Positions 20,418-32,444 of a stretch of DNA of 32,532 nucleotides are shown here, one piece after another (position 1 is the stretch's first letter; every line of letters starts with the position of its first letter). The translations under genes and the position numbers were made by a program. The stretch spans positions 1 through 32,532 of the forward strand of contig JYFJ02004423.1 in NCBI GenBank assembly GCA_000934665.2, written 5' to 3'. Under the pieces are notes generated by a model. The model had not been told where the DNA came from. It searched no databases and saw only the letters and a list, made by a program, of their open reading frames with translations. This DNA is from Catajapyx aquilonaris (Eukaryota).

Positions 20418-23400
20418 CTGACGGAACACAAGAAGGAGTCAGTAACTGATGTATGAGGAAATAATATTTGCATAGTATTGTACTAATCATGTTCAGATGA
20501 TGTCATACGAATAGTGCACTAATGATGGTGCTGCAAGCTTTCTGCTCAGTAAAACATGTTGAATGTTGCACGAGGCAGCATCCTGCAAATTTTGGCATTT
20601 AAAAATTGAACGGTATGTACAGTGACGAGGGTGTTAATTGCTTCACTCCATGTGTTCATCACAGCATGAACCCACAATTAGTGCAGTGTTTTAAAAAGTC
20701 CCTCACATGCGGGTACAATACTGTACAGACCTGTTCTTTATTAAAATATTGAAGTTCATTATAAGTGAGCGTTTCTGAAGCATGCGTAATCTTATTTTGG
20801 GTGTCATTTGATATTTGTGTGCTGCGCAACTCACACATTTAGTATGCAGGACAATTGGATTTTAGCGCACATTAATAACAAAACAAGTTATGCCAACAAA
20901 TCATGGTTTTTGCACTTCATGTTCCGAGCACAAAATTCGGTGGCACTTATGAATAATAAATAAATGGTTTGAAATAGGATGAATTTGACAATGTGATTTG
21001 AACAAATGGTACTGCCTGCACTGCAAACTCATTACGCACTCAAAACACACATGCAGAGTCTACATGCATGGTACGTGAAGGCCAACAAAGCATTGCAAGT
21101 GCCGCTTTCGCACATACCAGGAAAACACTGTTGCAACTGCCTTTGGTTTCTTGCCACAACAAAGTTTTGGTTTTAACAAAGGGTTCCCACATCAAGCTAC
21201 TTCAACCAATAATATTGTGTGTACAGTGTACTTGTAGTGTGCGACCTCTTTTTGCAACTAACAACTTCATATTTAATAGAATGTACAGTTTGTGCAGATG
21301 CTGCCTTTTGATTCGATGTATACGAGTTGTCATATGCAGGGATTATTTATTTATTTATTCTTGTATGTGATTGACTAATTGCTCGGTATCTGTCAGTCTG
21401 TCAATTACAGTTTAAAAGTATTTCAACTGATTTTATCCACTTTCAGTGAAAGGCAGCGGACAATTATTATTGTTGTTGCAACAAAAGCCTTTTTTGTACA
21501 GTACTGTACAAGTAAAACAAAAATATTTATACTGACAATAATTTTGTGGATGTACAGTACATTGGCAATTGACATTAAAGCATGTCCATTTACATCTCTG
21601 ATGTGAAAAGTAGTACATTAGCCAGTGCGAATTATTTTCTGTTCGTGATTCAGAGGGCCTTATTTTATCTCCACAAGCAACATGTGTTGGAGGACGCTTT
21701 GAAAATACGACAAGGCCTGAAGATGTACTTGATTTCGGGCCAAGGTGTAATTAGGGAAGCATTTGTTCATGAGCACAAAGGGGCTATAGCGAACCAACCT
21801 GCATTGACGTGGAGGACCTCGGGTTCTTTCATGAAGTTGTACTGCCTCACTGCGCTGTACCAATACGCAACCACTTCCTTCCCTGTTAAAGCGAAAACAA
21901 ATTTTATTAATTCATTAAAAATTTAAGCACCACACACAAGGCATTGAGACTGCAAAATGTGCCGGAATATTTTTTTTCTCTCTCTCTCTCTCTCCAAATG
22001 TTCCGCACATTATGCTCCACTGGCCAGCTTCTCTCCTATATTTTTTTAATGTTAAAATTTTCATGCACCGCTAAGTCCACCTCGCCAGAGTGCGTTTTAC
22101 AGTACAAGCCCTCCAGGAAAAAGAGCAGTCCAAAAAAAAGCTCAAAAAAGGCTCTTTAGAAGCGGTAAGTGTATCATATGGTCGAGCAGGACTTAAAGCC
22201 CAGCAAGTTAGAACACAAGAGACTCTTGTCTCCGCCTCAAGATGTTTAGGAAGTGTTTCTAGATGGTAATCTAATAGCTCAGCTTTCTTTCCTTTTTTGC
22301 AGATGACCCCTTTTCTTCTCGGCCACAAGGTGAGCTCGAAAGTCTCTGGCGGGTTTGAGTCGGATTAAGGGAAAAACCATCAAGGGTTGTGGTCGAAAAA
22401 CATCGATTTTTCACTTAGGACTGTCCAGTAGTGGACAGATGCTGGATGTCACCACAGCAGCAGGACTTACAGGGAAATCGAGTGTCTTGCACCGGATTAA
22501 CAGGCGCTCCGGGGCTACTTCTTTTTTTCTTTTCTTTTTTTCTCCCGGACTTCCAGACTTCTCCATTAATGTAACGAGAAGTGTCGGATCGTTAAGCTCC
22601 AGGAATTCACTGCTGTATTGGCTTTTGGACTAATGATTTAACTGGAGGGTTCCCAGGCAATGTCCAGTGCTTGGAGAGACAGGCACACATTAAAGTGGGT
22701 TGCATACATTCCAGGATGCCATTCCGTCGACATTCGCACAGGAAATGATAAACGGAAGAAGTTTGTAAACTGCAAATGCAACTGCTGGGTGTCGTTTCCC
22801 TGACGGATTGCCTTCATCATATATATATGCCTTGGGGAGAAGAAAGAAAGAAAAAAAACTCTCGTCGTTTTATTTCACGGACTTGTGACTTTTTCGATCC
22901 TCTCCGCCTTGTTTAATTCGGAATCTTGCGACTAAATTGCCATTTCCCCAAGTCGAGTTTTCCAGGGGAGATGGCGCTCATTAATCCGCCTGACAGCTTT
23001 TTGATGCATAATTATTTCCGGTTCAGTCTACAGCGAGAGAAAAAAAAAATGGTTCGTACAAATCCTACATTATTGTTGGGAAAGTTCTGGTATGATCTGG
23101 GATGAAGTGCGTGGGACAGTGTTCAGAAGGTCCGGTCTTAAATTATTCCGAGAGGGATTTGAGGCCCTTTTCTGGTCCCTGTTCCCATCCACCAGCCTTT
23201 TCCACTTCCCAACTCAAAGTTAGAGTCTTGCATACATTACCTGAGATTTCGTCAATGCACGGCCCTGTGATCCGGCAGAATAGGTTCTGTCCGAGGTTGG
23301 TTTCGTTTTTGTAGTAAAAAGTGTTGGTGTGAGCCAAGTTGTTGGCCCAGGCTTGAGCGATGGAACACAACTGAAAAGAGAAGAAGAAGAAAAAAAACAC

Positions 23401-26400
23401 ATAGGAATTAGCAACAAGAAAAATAACGTCGCCCACTCAGACATGAATCGCTTCTCAGAAAAGCTTTTTTTTCCCCCAAGTTTCCCCCCCCCCCCCCCNA
23501 GTCGACTTTGTAGGCCCTTAAAGGCGCCATCTCTGCAGGGGTGGCGTTTATCAAAATCTCTTTATCGGGGAGTCGTCCCTATAAATTTCCAATGTGATGC
23601 ATCCGCAGTAAACAAACTCATCACAAGGATCGTGTTTTTTTTTTTGTTAAACTAGAAAAACACGGGCGAAGCGAGTGGTTTTCTACGCCTGCGCCTTTAA
23701 CAAAATTCGAGCGAAGCGATGAGTTTTCTAATGTTTTTTTAAGAAAAAAAAAAACAAGAGGCAAATCACGCGAGCGTGATTAGAGTCGACTTTTCCTTAT
23801 TGGGCAGCAGGATATGACGACACGATGCGATTGGACAACAATGACATAGAGTGTTGTCAGTTTCCAGTTGCCAAGAACCCGAGGTCACCCGCCTGTAGAC
23901 GTGACCTTGGCGGATAGAGTGAACACGAAAAACCGGAAGTTGTCCATGAAGCCTATTTAGTGTCCGCTGAATCCGAATCCGAAAACCGCTTGTCGATATC
24001 TCTTGCGGTTTAAGCCCTGATGCCTGTCCACAGACTGACGGACAGCCATTCTACGTACCTTTTTTTGATGCGGAAACGTCTCAAAAGGAGGCAGAGGGTT
24101 GGATTTATTGACGATTTGTTTTTCATTAATATGCATAGCAATTATTTTAAATCATCAGTTGCGGTTATGTGATTAGTGCCTTCTGCTTGCGTGAAGTACT
24201 GCATAAAATGATGCAGGCGGAACACGGGGTCGGCTAATTACCGCGTCAAAAGAGTTTCGGATATGAGTTCTTAATTGGGGGGACTCCGCCGCCTTCATGA
24301 AGCGCGCTTGGAGGAACAGTAAGGGGCACAAAATTGACTCCGACGGAGTAAGAGCTTATGTCGGTTTATTAAGTGTAGAAGTGTAGGTTGATGTGTATGG
24401 TGTGCGTCGCTGGCTGTGCCTGGCAAAGGTTCTACTCCGGGCACAGGAACTAACTTATTGATCTTTTCCTGGGCCCCCCAGACCACCCTTTTGCACAAGC
24501 CCGGTTCCATCAGAGCAAGTTCTCGCCTCTTCCATTTCCTTACACTTCCTGCTTGTCTGCCCCAGGTGGACATCTACTAATGACAGCCAAATTGGGGAGG
24601 GACATCAACCTGAAAAATATGCCATCTGCTAGTGCTACACCTGTTTCCTATTTGAAAAAAAAAAATGTACAAACCACAACGAGTACTTAAATTATTCGTC
24701 AATATTGCAATATTTTTCTTAAATATTTTAAAAATTGGGTGCGGCCACAACTTGTCCGATTTTTTTGGGGGGTGTCTGGTCCAGTGCATGACATCGTGAG
24801 GGCAAACCATCCGAAAATCATCCTGACACACTTTATAGGCCCATTCGAGAGTAACATTACGCTGGCCGCAATGTCGACAAGTGTGGGTGCCGCACTGTTC
24901 AATTCCGTCTAATTTATTTTACCGGAGAGAAAACTCCGCAGTGCAGCAGGAAAAACTGCTTCGACAAATATCCCAGCTTCCATAATATGCAAACGAGCTC
25001 CGTACTATTGAAAGGACTTCTCCATATACATTTTTGTATGCAGTGTATGTTAGTAATATGGGGGAGTAGGACAAGTGGTTTTGAAGTCGAGTGCGAGGCC
25101 GACCTGACAACTGGTGCTCATTAGTATCAAGACCCGCGAGCCTGGACCGAGTGTTTATTAGCCCGGATAAGTGTTCGCACTGCGACCTTACAAGCAGACG
25201 AGTATCTGTTGGCGGCTTTTGCAGCTATGCGTGCATATCTCTCGGGGAGAGGTCTAAAGGGTAAGACCCACAAGAATTTTCAGATAATCTGTGTGGCGGA
25301 AATGCCTAACATATCCCGCAAATGGAGTCATTTACAAAAAGCATTTCAGAGGGAAATCTGTAAACAAACAGCTTCTGATTTGAGAGTATATACTTGAAAA
25401 TTTCCTTCTCCATTCTGTAGCCATCTACTAATATTTTCGGCGAAACAAACCAAGCTTGCTACATATTTTTGTACCGTTTGTTCAGTGCCCAGGTACAGTT
25501 TAATATAAATGTTGTTTCTTAAAACTTAATTTCCATTTGGATTCATCATGTATTGTTTTCCATAATTTTTTTTACAAAAGGCTAGCCTTTGTATTAATGA
25601 AAAGCGGTGTTTGGGTTTTCACAATGGAGATCCGTTTGTTTCCATACCGTTATTATTTCAGTGCTCATACGTCGCAGGAATTATATAAACGCACGCCTGC
25701 AGGCTACCGATACTGCTCAAAAAAGGCAGAACTAACCAGCTACAGTGTTACAGCATGTTGGAGTAGGTCATGACATGATCTACCTGTAAGTTATCATTTC
25801 CGCTTGGCATGTCTCATTTTATGCATGGATTTTTCTGCTGCATAGCTGAGAGTAGAACTGTGTGTCAAAATATGCATGGAAAGAGTCCTTGGCGCAGTGT
25901 AGTCGAATGATCACAATTTCCATGCAAGTTACTCGGAATTTGACTGCATATTCATAGAGCTAAGCAGCTCCTCCTCATAATGAAAGCGGGTTTCCGCCGA
26001 AAATGTCTATTCAATACGACTAGTATGATACTGCACAGTATTTCTCGCGGGATTTATGCGACAAGCTGGGATGGAAAAGTCATTCAACATTCGTTGGAGA
26101 GAAGTTTTTGGTGCTGGGGACATCTTGCCCAAAAAAAGTTTATTTTTCACAATTGGCTATTCGAAAGGATAAACTTTGGCTGGGAAGCTGGATATAAACC
26201 GTTTTATAGAGGCAGTAAGAAAACTGCATTTTAAGCATGTTTAATCATATATATCATCTCTGCATGGCATATCCAGAACTGACATTTTTCTAAGCACATT
26301 TTAGCCCCATTATACCAGCGTATGCAAGCTCTATATTGTATGCAACATCCTGTTACATCATACCTATAAGAATAAGAAAAAACTGTCGCATTTTGACCAT

Positions 26401-29400
26401 GACCCAAACTTGATTTAGCCCATCCATTACGAAAAATTCCTTCCAAAAACGCAGATAGTAGAAAGAAGCGACCTTTTTTTGAATTATAATCCGGCTATTA
26501 ATTGTCCTTCCGGCATAGATTTCCTTTGAATATAAACCAGTCCTGAAACGGACCGTATTTCACTTCTAAAACTCCGCGAGTCCTTCCCCCATACATCATA
26601 GGAGTTGGAGCTTTAAGAATATAACTGCATCAGGTGAAAAGGCTTTAAAAATTCCGAGAGAGGCTCCTTTTTTTGTGCATTTGCAAAAAAAAAATATATA
26701 TTTCTATGGAATCGTGCTGACAATATGTCCCTGAGGAGGCAAAAAGCGTAGGCTGAATGTTGTACATCCAAAAGAAGAAAAAAAATTCGATTAGATTTCC
26801 CTTATCATAGCTACCGACTATAAAATGGGAGGAAAGGTCCACGACCTCGAAAAAAAATATAGTCGAATAATGTCGCCTATTGTGTCAATGGAAACAGAAA
26901 AAGATTTGCGGGGGACGACAGCACTGGAGGAAAAACCTGTCCGATTCAATGAAACATTTGTGCAGCATTCTTTGGATTGAGGAGCGGGGGCGGAACTGTA
27001 GGAAATGCCTCTCTTTTTATAGGCTCTAAAAACCGGGACGTAAAAGGTTCAAGAACCCGGTTCTACAGATAAGAACGTATGTGGCCAAGAGTCTACGAAG
27101 CTTGAATTTACTGCAGTGCGTTATGCAATCGGCTTGTGGAAATGCTGTTTGCACAGAATAGAATAATTAGAGAGGAAAAAAAAACATGGGCTCATTTTCC
27201 ACAAGATTAAGTTAATCGAGCAATTAACGTTGGAGATATGAGTTCTGGGGAAAATGAATAATACATGTTCACAGGATATCTGGGGCATCAATCTAACACG
27301 TGATGGAGCACAAATTACTCGCGATGTTGAACTGTTCCAAGAACAGGCGCCAAGAACAGCTCTCGTTTAATGATAAAGCGGCACGAGTTTTTTTGCCAGC
27401 GGCTACTGCGCGATTAGTTGCATTGTTAGAATTTTTATGCAAATTGAGTGCTTCACTGTAGCGCGAAAATTAAGCGCGGAGTATCATTAATCAGCGGTAT
27501 TATGCAGTAACTTGCGGTGAAAATGATTCATTATTATGTGATATATAGTGCATATCAGTAGTTAGTAAATTCACGCGCAGCACATACTTGTATAAACAGT
27601 CGGGATTTTAATAAATTTCAAGTGCTTTGTATAGTTTGAAGTAGGAGTAATTCATAAGCTAAATGTGTGTCGATTTTAATTCACTCACAGCCGAGAGAAT
27701 TGCGATTAAAAATTATTTCCGTCTATTTCAATATCTAAAATATATAAAACGGATATCGTCTATTCTAGACATTGACTGTTAGCTGACGTATTTGACAAAT
27801 TGCTGTCTTTTGGTATGAACAGTAGAACAAAATAAGAAAGCTCCATCGCAATAACTAAATTGCATTGAACTAAAATGTTCGCAAAATAATTATGCGTCAC
27901 AAAGCGAGTGTACGATATGATTCAATTCCACAATAATGCAAAATTTTAACGAGGAATTCCAGGACTTTTTAAAAATAAAAATCTGCAAATCATTTCCGTC
28001 AAGCTCGAATCCTTCCTGAATTTTGCAACTAACGTATTCCGCCAGCCTGGTCATTTAGTAAAGTGCGGTACCTGAACCTCAAAAAAAGGGCTGGATAAAA
28101 AATTGCGACAAATCCAGAGGCCTATCGCATGACCATTTTTCACCTCGCTTAATTGCCGCGCGTAATGAGGGCTTCCCTAGAAAGCGATATAATCCGAATT
28201 TGCAAAAAAAAAAAAAAAAAAAAAAAAAACGAGTGGCATAGTGCACGTGTTTGGTGCATGTCGACACTTCCGTGGCGTAAATTATGCAAGGCTCGCTCTG
28301 TGTCGCTTTGCCGCTGCCGTATCACTTAGCAGTCCTGGAACACGAGCCGCAGGTTTCCTCTCATGATTTATGGAGCAGAACACCGGGATCAAGACTTTAT
28401 CATCCAGGATCAAAGTGCATGGGGATTAAGCCTGGGAGCCCCTAAGTCGCAGCATCAGGAAAAGATATGCGCAACACTCGCGAATCTTTCAATCTGTCGA
28501 TAAAACTTGCACAGGTTGTCACAACTGTCAGGTCAACATTAGTCAACCTACAGAAATTCGGACCTGCAGAAAAGTTATCCAATCTTACTACACGTAGCAT
28601 ATTGCGCAATACCGTGGGGAGGGGGAAAAAATTGCGAAATTTTGACAAGGTGCTGAAAATGAGGCATTTTTTTGGATAATTTCTTTCAGTTAGTGGAAGT
28701 GGTCTCCTACTAATTGCTTTCCGTTTGATGTTCGTCCGAGCTGGTATAGTGCCTCACAGGGTGGCCTCACAGGGTGCCTCACAGGGTGGTAGTGCCTCAC
28801 AGGGTGGCAGGAGTGTGTAGAGAGGGAGGATGAGCCATCTATGACAGGCGCATATGATACTAACAAGTGGACACTGCCAAGTTTTGGTAACATAGACATG
28901 GTCATAATTTTGTTAAATTGTGCTGGTGGCAACAGGTTGAGTTTCTTGTTTGTTTGTTGCATAAAAACAAGATCAGAAATTTAAAAAAACTGATTGATGC
29001 CACGAAGAATGTACGGAAACATTCCTTTTGTCTATGCAGTGCCATAGTGTGTGGCTCTAAACAACAAGTTTTGGAACATTCGCTTTCCATCCAACTCTGG
29101 AAGAACAAAAGGATCCCAAAGACAAAAGGCAGTGTTGGGCTGCAGCATTGGATGCAGATGGTATCGAACCAGCAGATCCGAGCTGCGGGGGTTTCCCTCC
29201 GGACTCTAATTGCTCCGTAAGCAGGTCAAATGCCACCAGCAGATAAAGCCCTTCATTAAAAAAAAAAAAGTGATGATGGGCTGTTGGAAACAATGCGCCT
29301 TCATGTTACTGCGGGCTTGAATCGTGCTGCACACGACAGTATTGGGAGTTCACCATTATTTCATTGGCTCTATGTTATGGGAACAGATCGCGTGAGAAGC

Positions 29401-29558
29401 CAAGACCCGTGTACAGGAGGCTGTGTGCTTACCTGGGTAGAGATGACCATAGGAGGAGCGCCGTGACGCGTCCGGTAAAAATTGTGGTAGTTGAGGCATT
29501 CATTGATGAACTCAGAGTCTTGCCACCTTGTCTCCTCCTCGTCTGCGGTGCTGACTAT
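20110..29558 (-). CDS. CAP/SCP/PR-1 domain protein, GAPR-1 (GLIPR2)-like, 5'-partial, 4 exons
   Basis: complement(join(29433-29558,23241-23370,21799-21882,20110-20417)); phases 0,1,1 match; CAP motifs HNFYR..HG, AQAWA, GQNLF, WY, GHFTQMVW, YRPAGNV; stop TAG at 20112-20110. Confidence 0.9.
21799..21882 (-). CDS. CAP gene exon (not in the ORF track in this frame)
   Basis: ttaacag|GG AAG...GCA G|gttggt; GKEVVAYWYSAVRQYNFMKEPEVLHVNA, 84 nt, phase 1-1. Confidence 0.85.
23241..23370 (-). CDS. CAP gene exon (CAP4 motif)
   Basis: ttttcag|TTG...G|gtaatg; LCSIAQAWANNLAHTNTFYYKNETNLGQNLFCRITGPCIDEIS. Confidence 0.9.
23651..24090. mobile_element. Possible non-autonomous Helitron/DINE-1-like element remnant
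   Basis: Duplicated GCGAAGCGA...GTTTTCTA, AAAACCGGAAGT, GCTGAATCCGAATCCGA and a CAGACTGACGGACAG microsatellite-like core; resembles arthropod DINE-1/HINE elements from memory; boundaries approximate. Confidence 0.35.
28204..28229 (+). repeat. Poly(A) run, about 26 nt
   Basis: Direct reading. Confidence 0.9.
28747..28807 (+). repeat. Short tandem repeat, 4 copies of GCCTCACAGGGT(GG)
   Basis: tagtGCCTCACAGGGTg GCCTCACAGGGT GCCTCACAGGGTgg tagtGCCTCACAGGGTgg. Confidence 0.85.
29433..29558 (-). CDS. CAP gene exon (CAP3 motif HNxxR)
   Basis: ctgcag|ATA...CAG|gtaagc; IVSTADEEETRWQDSEFINECLNYHNFYRTRHGAPPMVISTQ. Confidence 0.88.
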
Positions 29559-30723
29559 CTGCAGTGGTCGATTAGAAATAATCTGCCAAAAGAGAGGACA
29601 AAATCCGCATTTTAGACGCAATTTCGCACCCAATAAAATCAAAAGAAAGTTCCTTATTCATCAAGCTGCCATTGAGCGCTCGAAAATGCAATCAAAAGCT
29701 GTATGCAAAAAAAACCCTTAAAAGTAAGTGCGCAGATTTTAATTGCTTAGCTGGATGTTTCCGTGGCAACTACGTGTCCGTGTCGCCAAAAATTTTGCTC
29801 TCATTAGAAAGTCTCTGCAATGAAATGAATTGACGGAGAGAGAAAAACGGCAATTTGGTATCCGCCAGAGCAGAAACATAGTTCGAGCCTGGTATCAATG
29901 GATTCCGCACACTGGCGCCATCATCATACAGGTTTATGCGCATATGGCCTCTCCCATCGCACACTATATTTACAGGGCTCTAGCGATCGGATCGCTACTA
30001 ATTTGCCGGGTAATGAAGCCTTTTGTGGTTGTTTACACTGCGGGTAAAAGGCTTTCAGAGTTGCGCAACTAGTCGTGGTTTTTTTTGCAAAAAAAGCGAT
30101 GTAGAAGAGTAAAGTTTGCGGACTAGATGGCTTCCTTTTTGACACTTTGTGGTACGGTATGTGAAGCCTTTGAGGTTCTCTCTCTCTCTGAAGCATTCAT
30201 TTTGTGCACAAAGCGCATTGTTACACTGTACAGTGTGCAGGTTGATTCAGGAGTTTGTTCTGCCTTCAATTACAAGTCTGATGGGAGCAATATAAGTCAA
30301 TGTTAAATCTTACATACCGGCATACTGTATATAAAAGGCAAAGTTTGTCGGTATGTCTTATTTCCCTTACCCTCCACCAACCATACTCTCTACCTCCATG
30401 ATGGATACCATTGCAACAGGATTCTTCAATTCCAGTGCAAAGAACGGGTATACTGATAGTATACTCGTATACTCGCAAAGTTTGTTGGTTTGTCCCATTT
30501 CGTACTCTTTTCGTACCCATTTCACACCAATATAATATCAATGGTGCCGTGATGCCAACAATGATTTGTTTTTGTTGTTAGTGATTACAGTGGAAACAGG
30601 CCGTGGGAAGAACGGGCTCCGCTGCTAGTTTAGAAATAAACCTTCTTCCACCAATCAGGATGCGCAGAACGGAAGCCTCGGTCATACAACGACGGATTTT
30701 AATAATATATAATAATAAATATG

Positions 30724-30831
30724 GGCTGAATTTTCGTCCCACTACTATAGTTACTGCTAACTTAGCAGCACCACTGCCAACGCTGGTACTGCTAAGTTAG
30801 CAGTAACTGGCAGTGGGACGAAAATTCAACC
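30724..30831. mobile_element. Hairpin (foldback) mini-MITE, about 108 bp
   Basis: Arms of about 48 bp: GGCTGAATTTTCGTCCCACT...AGTTACTGCTAACTTAGCAGCACCA and TGGTACTGCTAAGTTAGCAGTAACT...AGTGGGACGAAAATTCAACC. Confidence 0.7.
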
Positions 30832-31268
30832 AAATGTTTGTCACTGATGTACAGTACTGTGCCCGAGACTGTGACAATATATGATAACAATGTGTGGCCT
30901 ATTTTCATCGGTGCGTCAGGTTTGACCTTTTAAAATTTTTGAATAGGTTGCAAGCGTTACCCTTAACATTTTCAAAAAAAAATCAAAAAAAAACGCGGTA
31001 CGGAAATAAGGACCTCTAAATACCCCTTCTCTTGAAGGAGCTACTTTTCCTTTAAAAGAGTTAGGCGATCCCTCTTTGTTCTGCAATTGCGAATTAGCCT
31101 AGATCCGTTCTTTTCCGGGAAGCTAGACTCTAGCAGGTTGCTAGAAAAAAGGTCGCACAACTAGGCCTACTATGCAAAAAAAAAAATGCAAAATCCAGCT
31201 GCCTGTGAGCTAGGGAACTACGGGGCGTTTCCGATGCCTTTAACTACGTTCGATCCACAAATTAGGTA

Positions 31269-31458
31269 CAAGGTGAGGCAGAACCAAGTTTCATATTGGG
31301 TTGGATGCCCCCTTATAGACAAGTGCGGCAACCCACATTGCATCGTATACCTTTGAACGTATGCAAACTGCATTAACGGTTGGCATTTAGATATTTCGTG
31401 CCTCTAAATTTTTGATTCGTATTGAGTTTAGCATGATCTGCAGTTCTGCCTCACCCTG
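31269..31458. mobile_element. Tc1/mariner-type MITE, about 190 bp
   Basis: TIRs CAAGGTGAGGCAGAAC / GTTCTGCCTCACCCTG (15/16 match, CAGGGTG-type end); TA on the left flank, CA on the right. Confidence 0.55.
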
Positions 31459-32444
31459 CAGGTAAAAGGTCGCGTTATGGACTTGGCAAGCTTGCGCTGC
31501 TGGAGTTTACGGACACGAGCTTGTAGAGAGAACTTTAATGGCCTTTGAAGTGCCGGTACTTTCAGATTAGATTAACATGGCGATAACCAAAGTGGGATGT
31601 TGGGCTCTGCTGGGAGAGGGTCTCTCTTTTTTTTTCTTTCTAGTCTTCCTTTTTCCCTCTCTCTTCTTGCCAGTCCGATTACCTATGGCTCGTTGAAGTA
31701 ATTGGTTTAGAGGCAGGCGCTGCCAATGTCTGGTGCGGGAGATAATCGTGTTGACTGCCGATAGAGACATTTTGTGACGTTACGGGCCATTTTGGGGCCT
31801 GAGAGGAGATCCGGTTGGTCTTAATCTGGGAAGGGCAAAAATGACGATTTTCTTTCTGAGACGCAATCTCCGGATTTTCAGTGGCAAATATTGGATGAGA
31901 AGTGGTATCTTCTTATTACTTGTTGGACAAAGATAGTGGGCAATAATATTCATTATGGACATAACATTTCAGCCCTTTTCCGCCCTCTGGACACCAGCTG
32001 CTTTTAATAGTCAAAAATTAAAATTAAACACTGTTTTTAAAAAAAAAACTTATTCGAACAGAAGTCTAATGAGGAAGTTTAAAATTAAATCGCACAAAAA
32101 TGTGTCATAAAATGGAATAATAAAATAACTAATAAAGTAAGTAATAAATGCACTGATAATAATTTAAATAGTAAAAGAAATTATAATAAAAAGAAAGAGT
32201 AAAATAAACTATCAAAACGAATGAGTAATATAGTAAAATGTGACAGTTAAAATTAATAATGAAATTAAGCCATTAGAATAGTACAAAATAAATAACATAA
32301 CTTACATAATAAATTACTAAAATAATAATTCGAATAAACTGAAGCACTATTTATGAACCGGGGCCAATCGTGTTGTGTTGAGTGGCACCCCAAATAATAA
32401 TTTGATATAGTAGCATACTGCAATACTGTATTAAAATTAAAATG

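Noticed and set aside
22071..22328. Faint likeness of KKGK..LLD..RVSCVL..YDTL to a LINE reverse-transcriptase motif
   Set aside because: The key Asp (LDxxKAFD) is absent and no further RT motifs are nearby; it would need a translated search against a TE protein library.
28747..28807. Tandem repeat as a CRISPR-like array
   Set aside because: Units of about 12 nt with no unique spacers, in a eukaryotic intron.
31456..31558. Possible upstream CAP exon on - ending in AGG|gtgagg
   Set aside because: The apparent donor lies within the MITE terminal repeat; there is no in-frame ATG, the acceptor is weak and I recognise no similarity.
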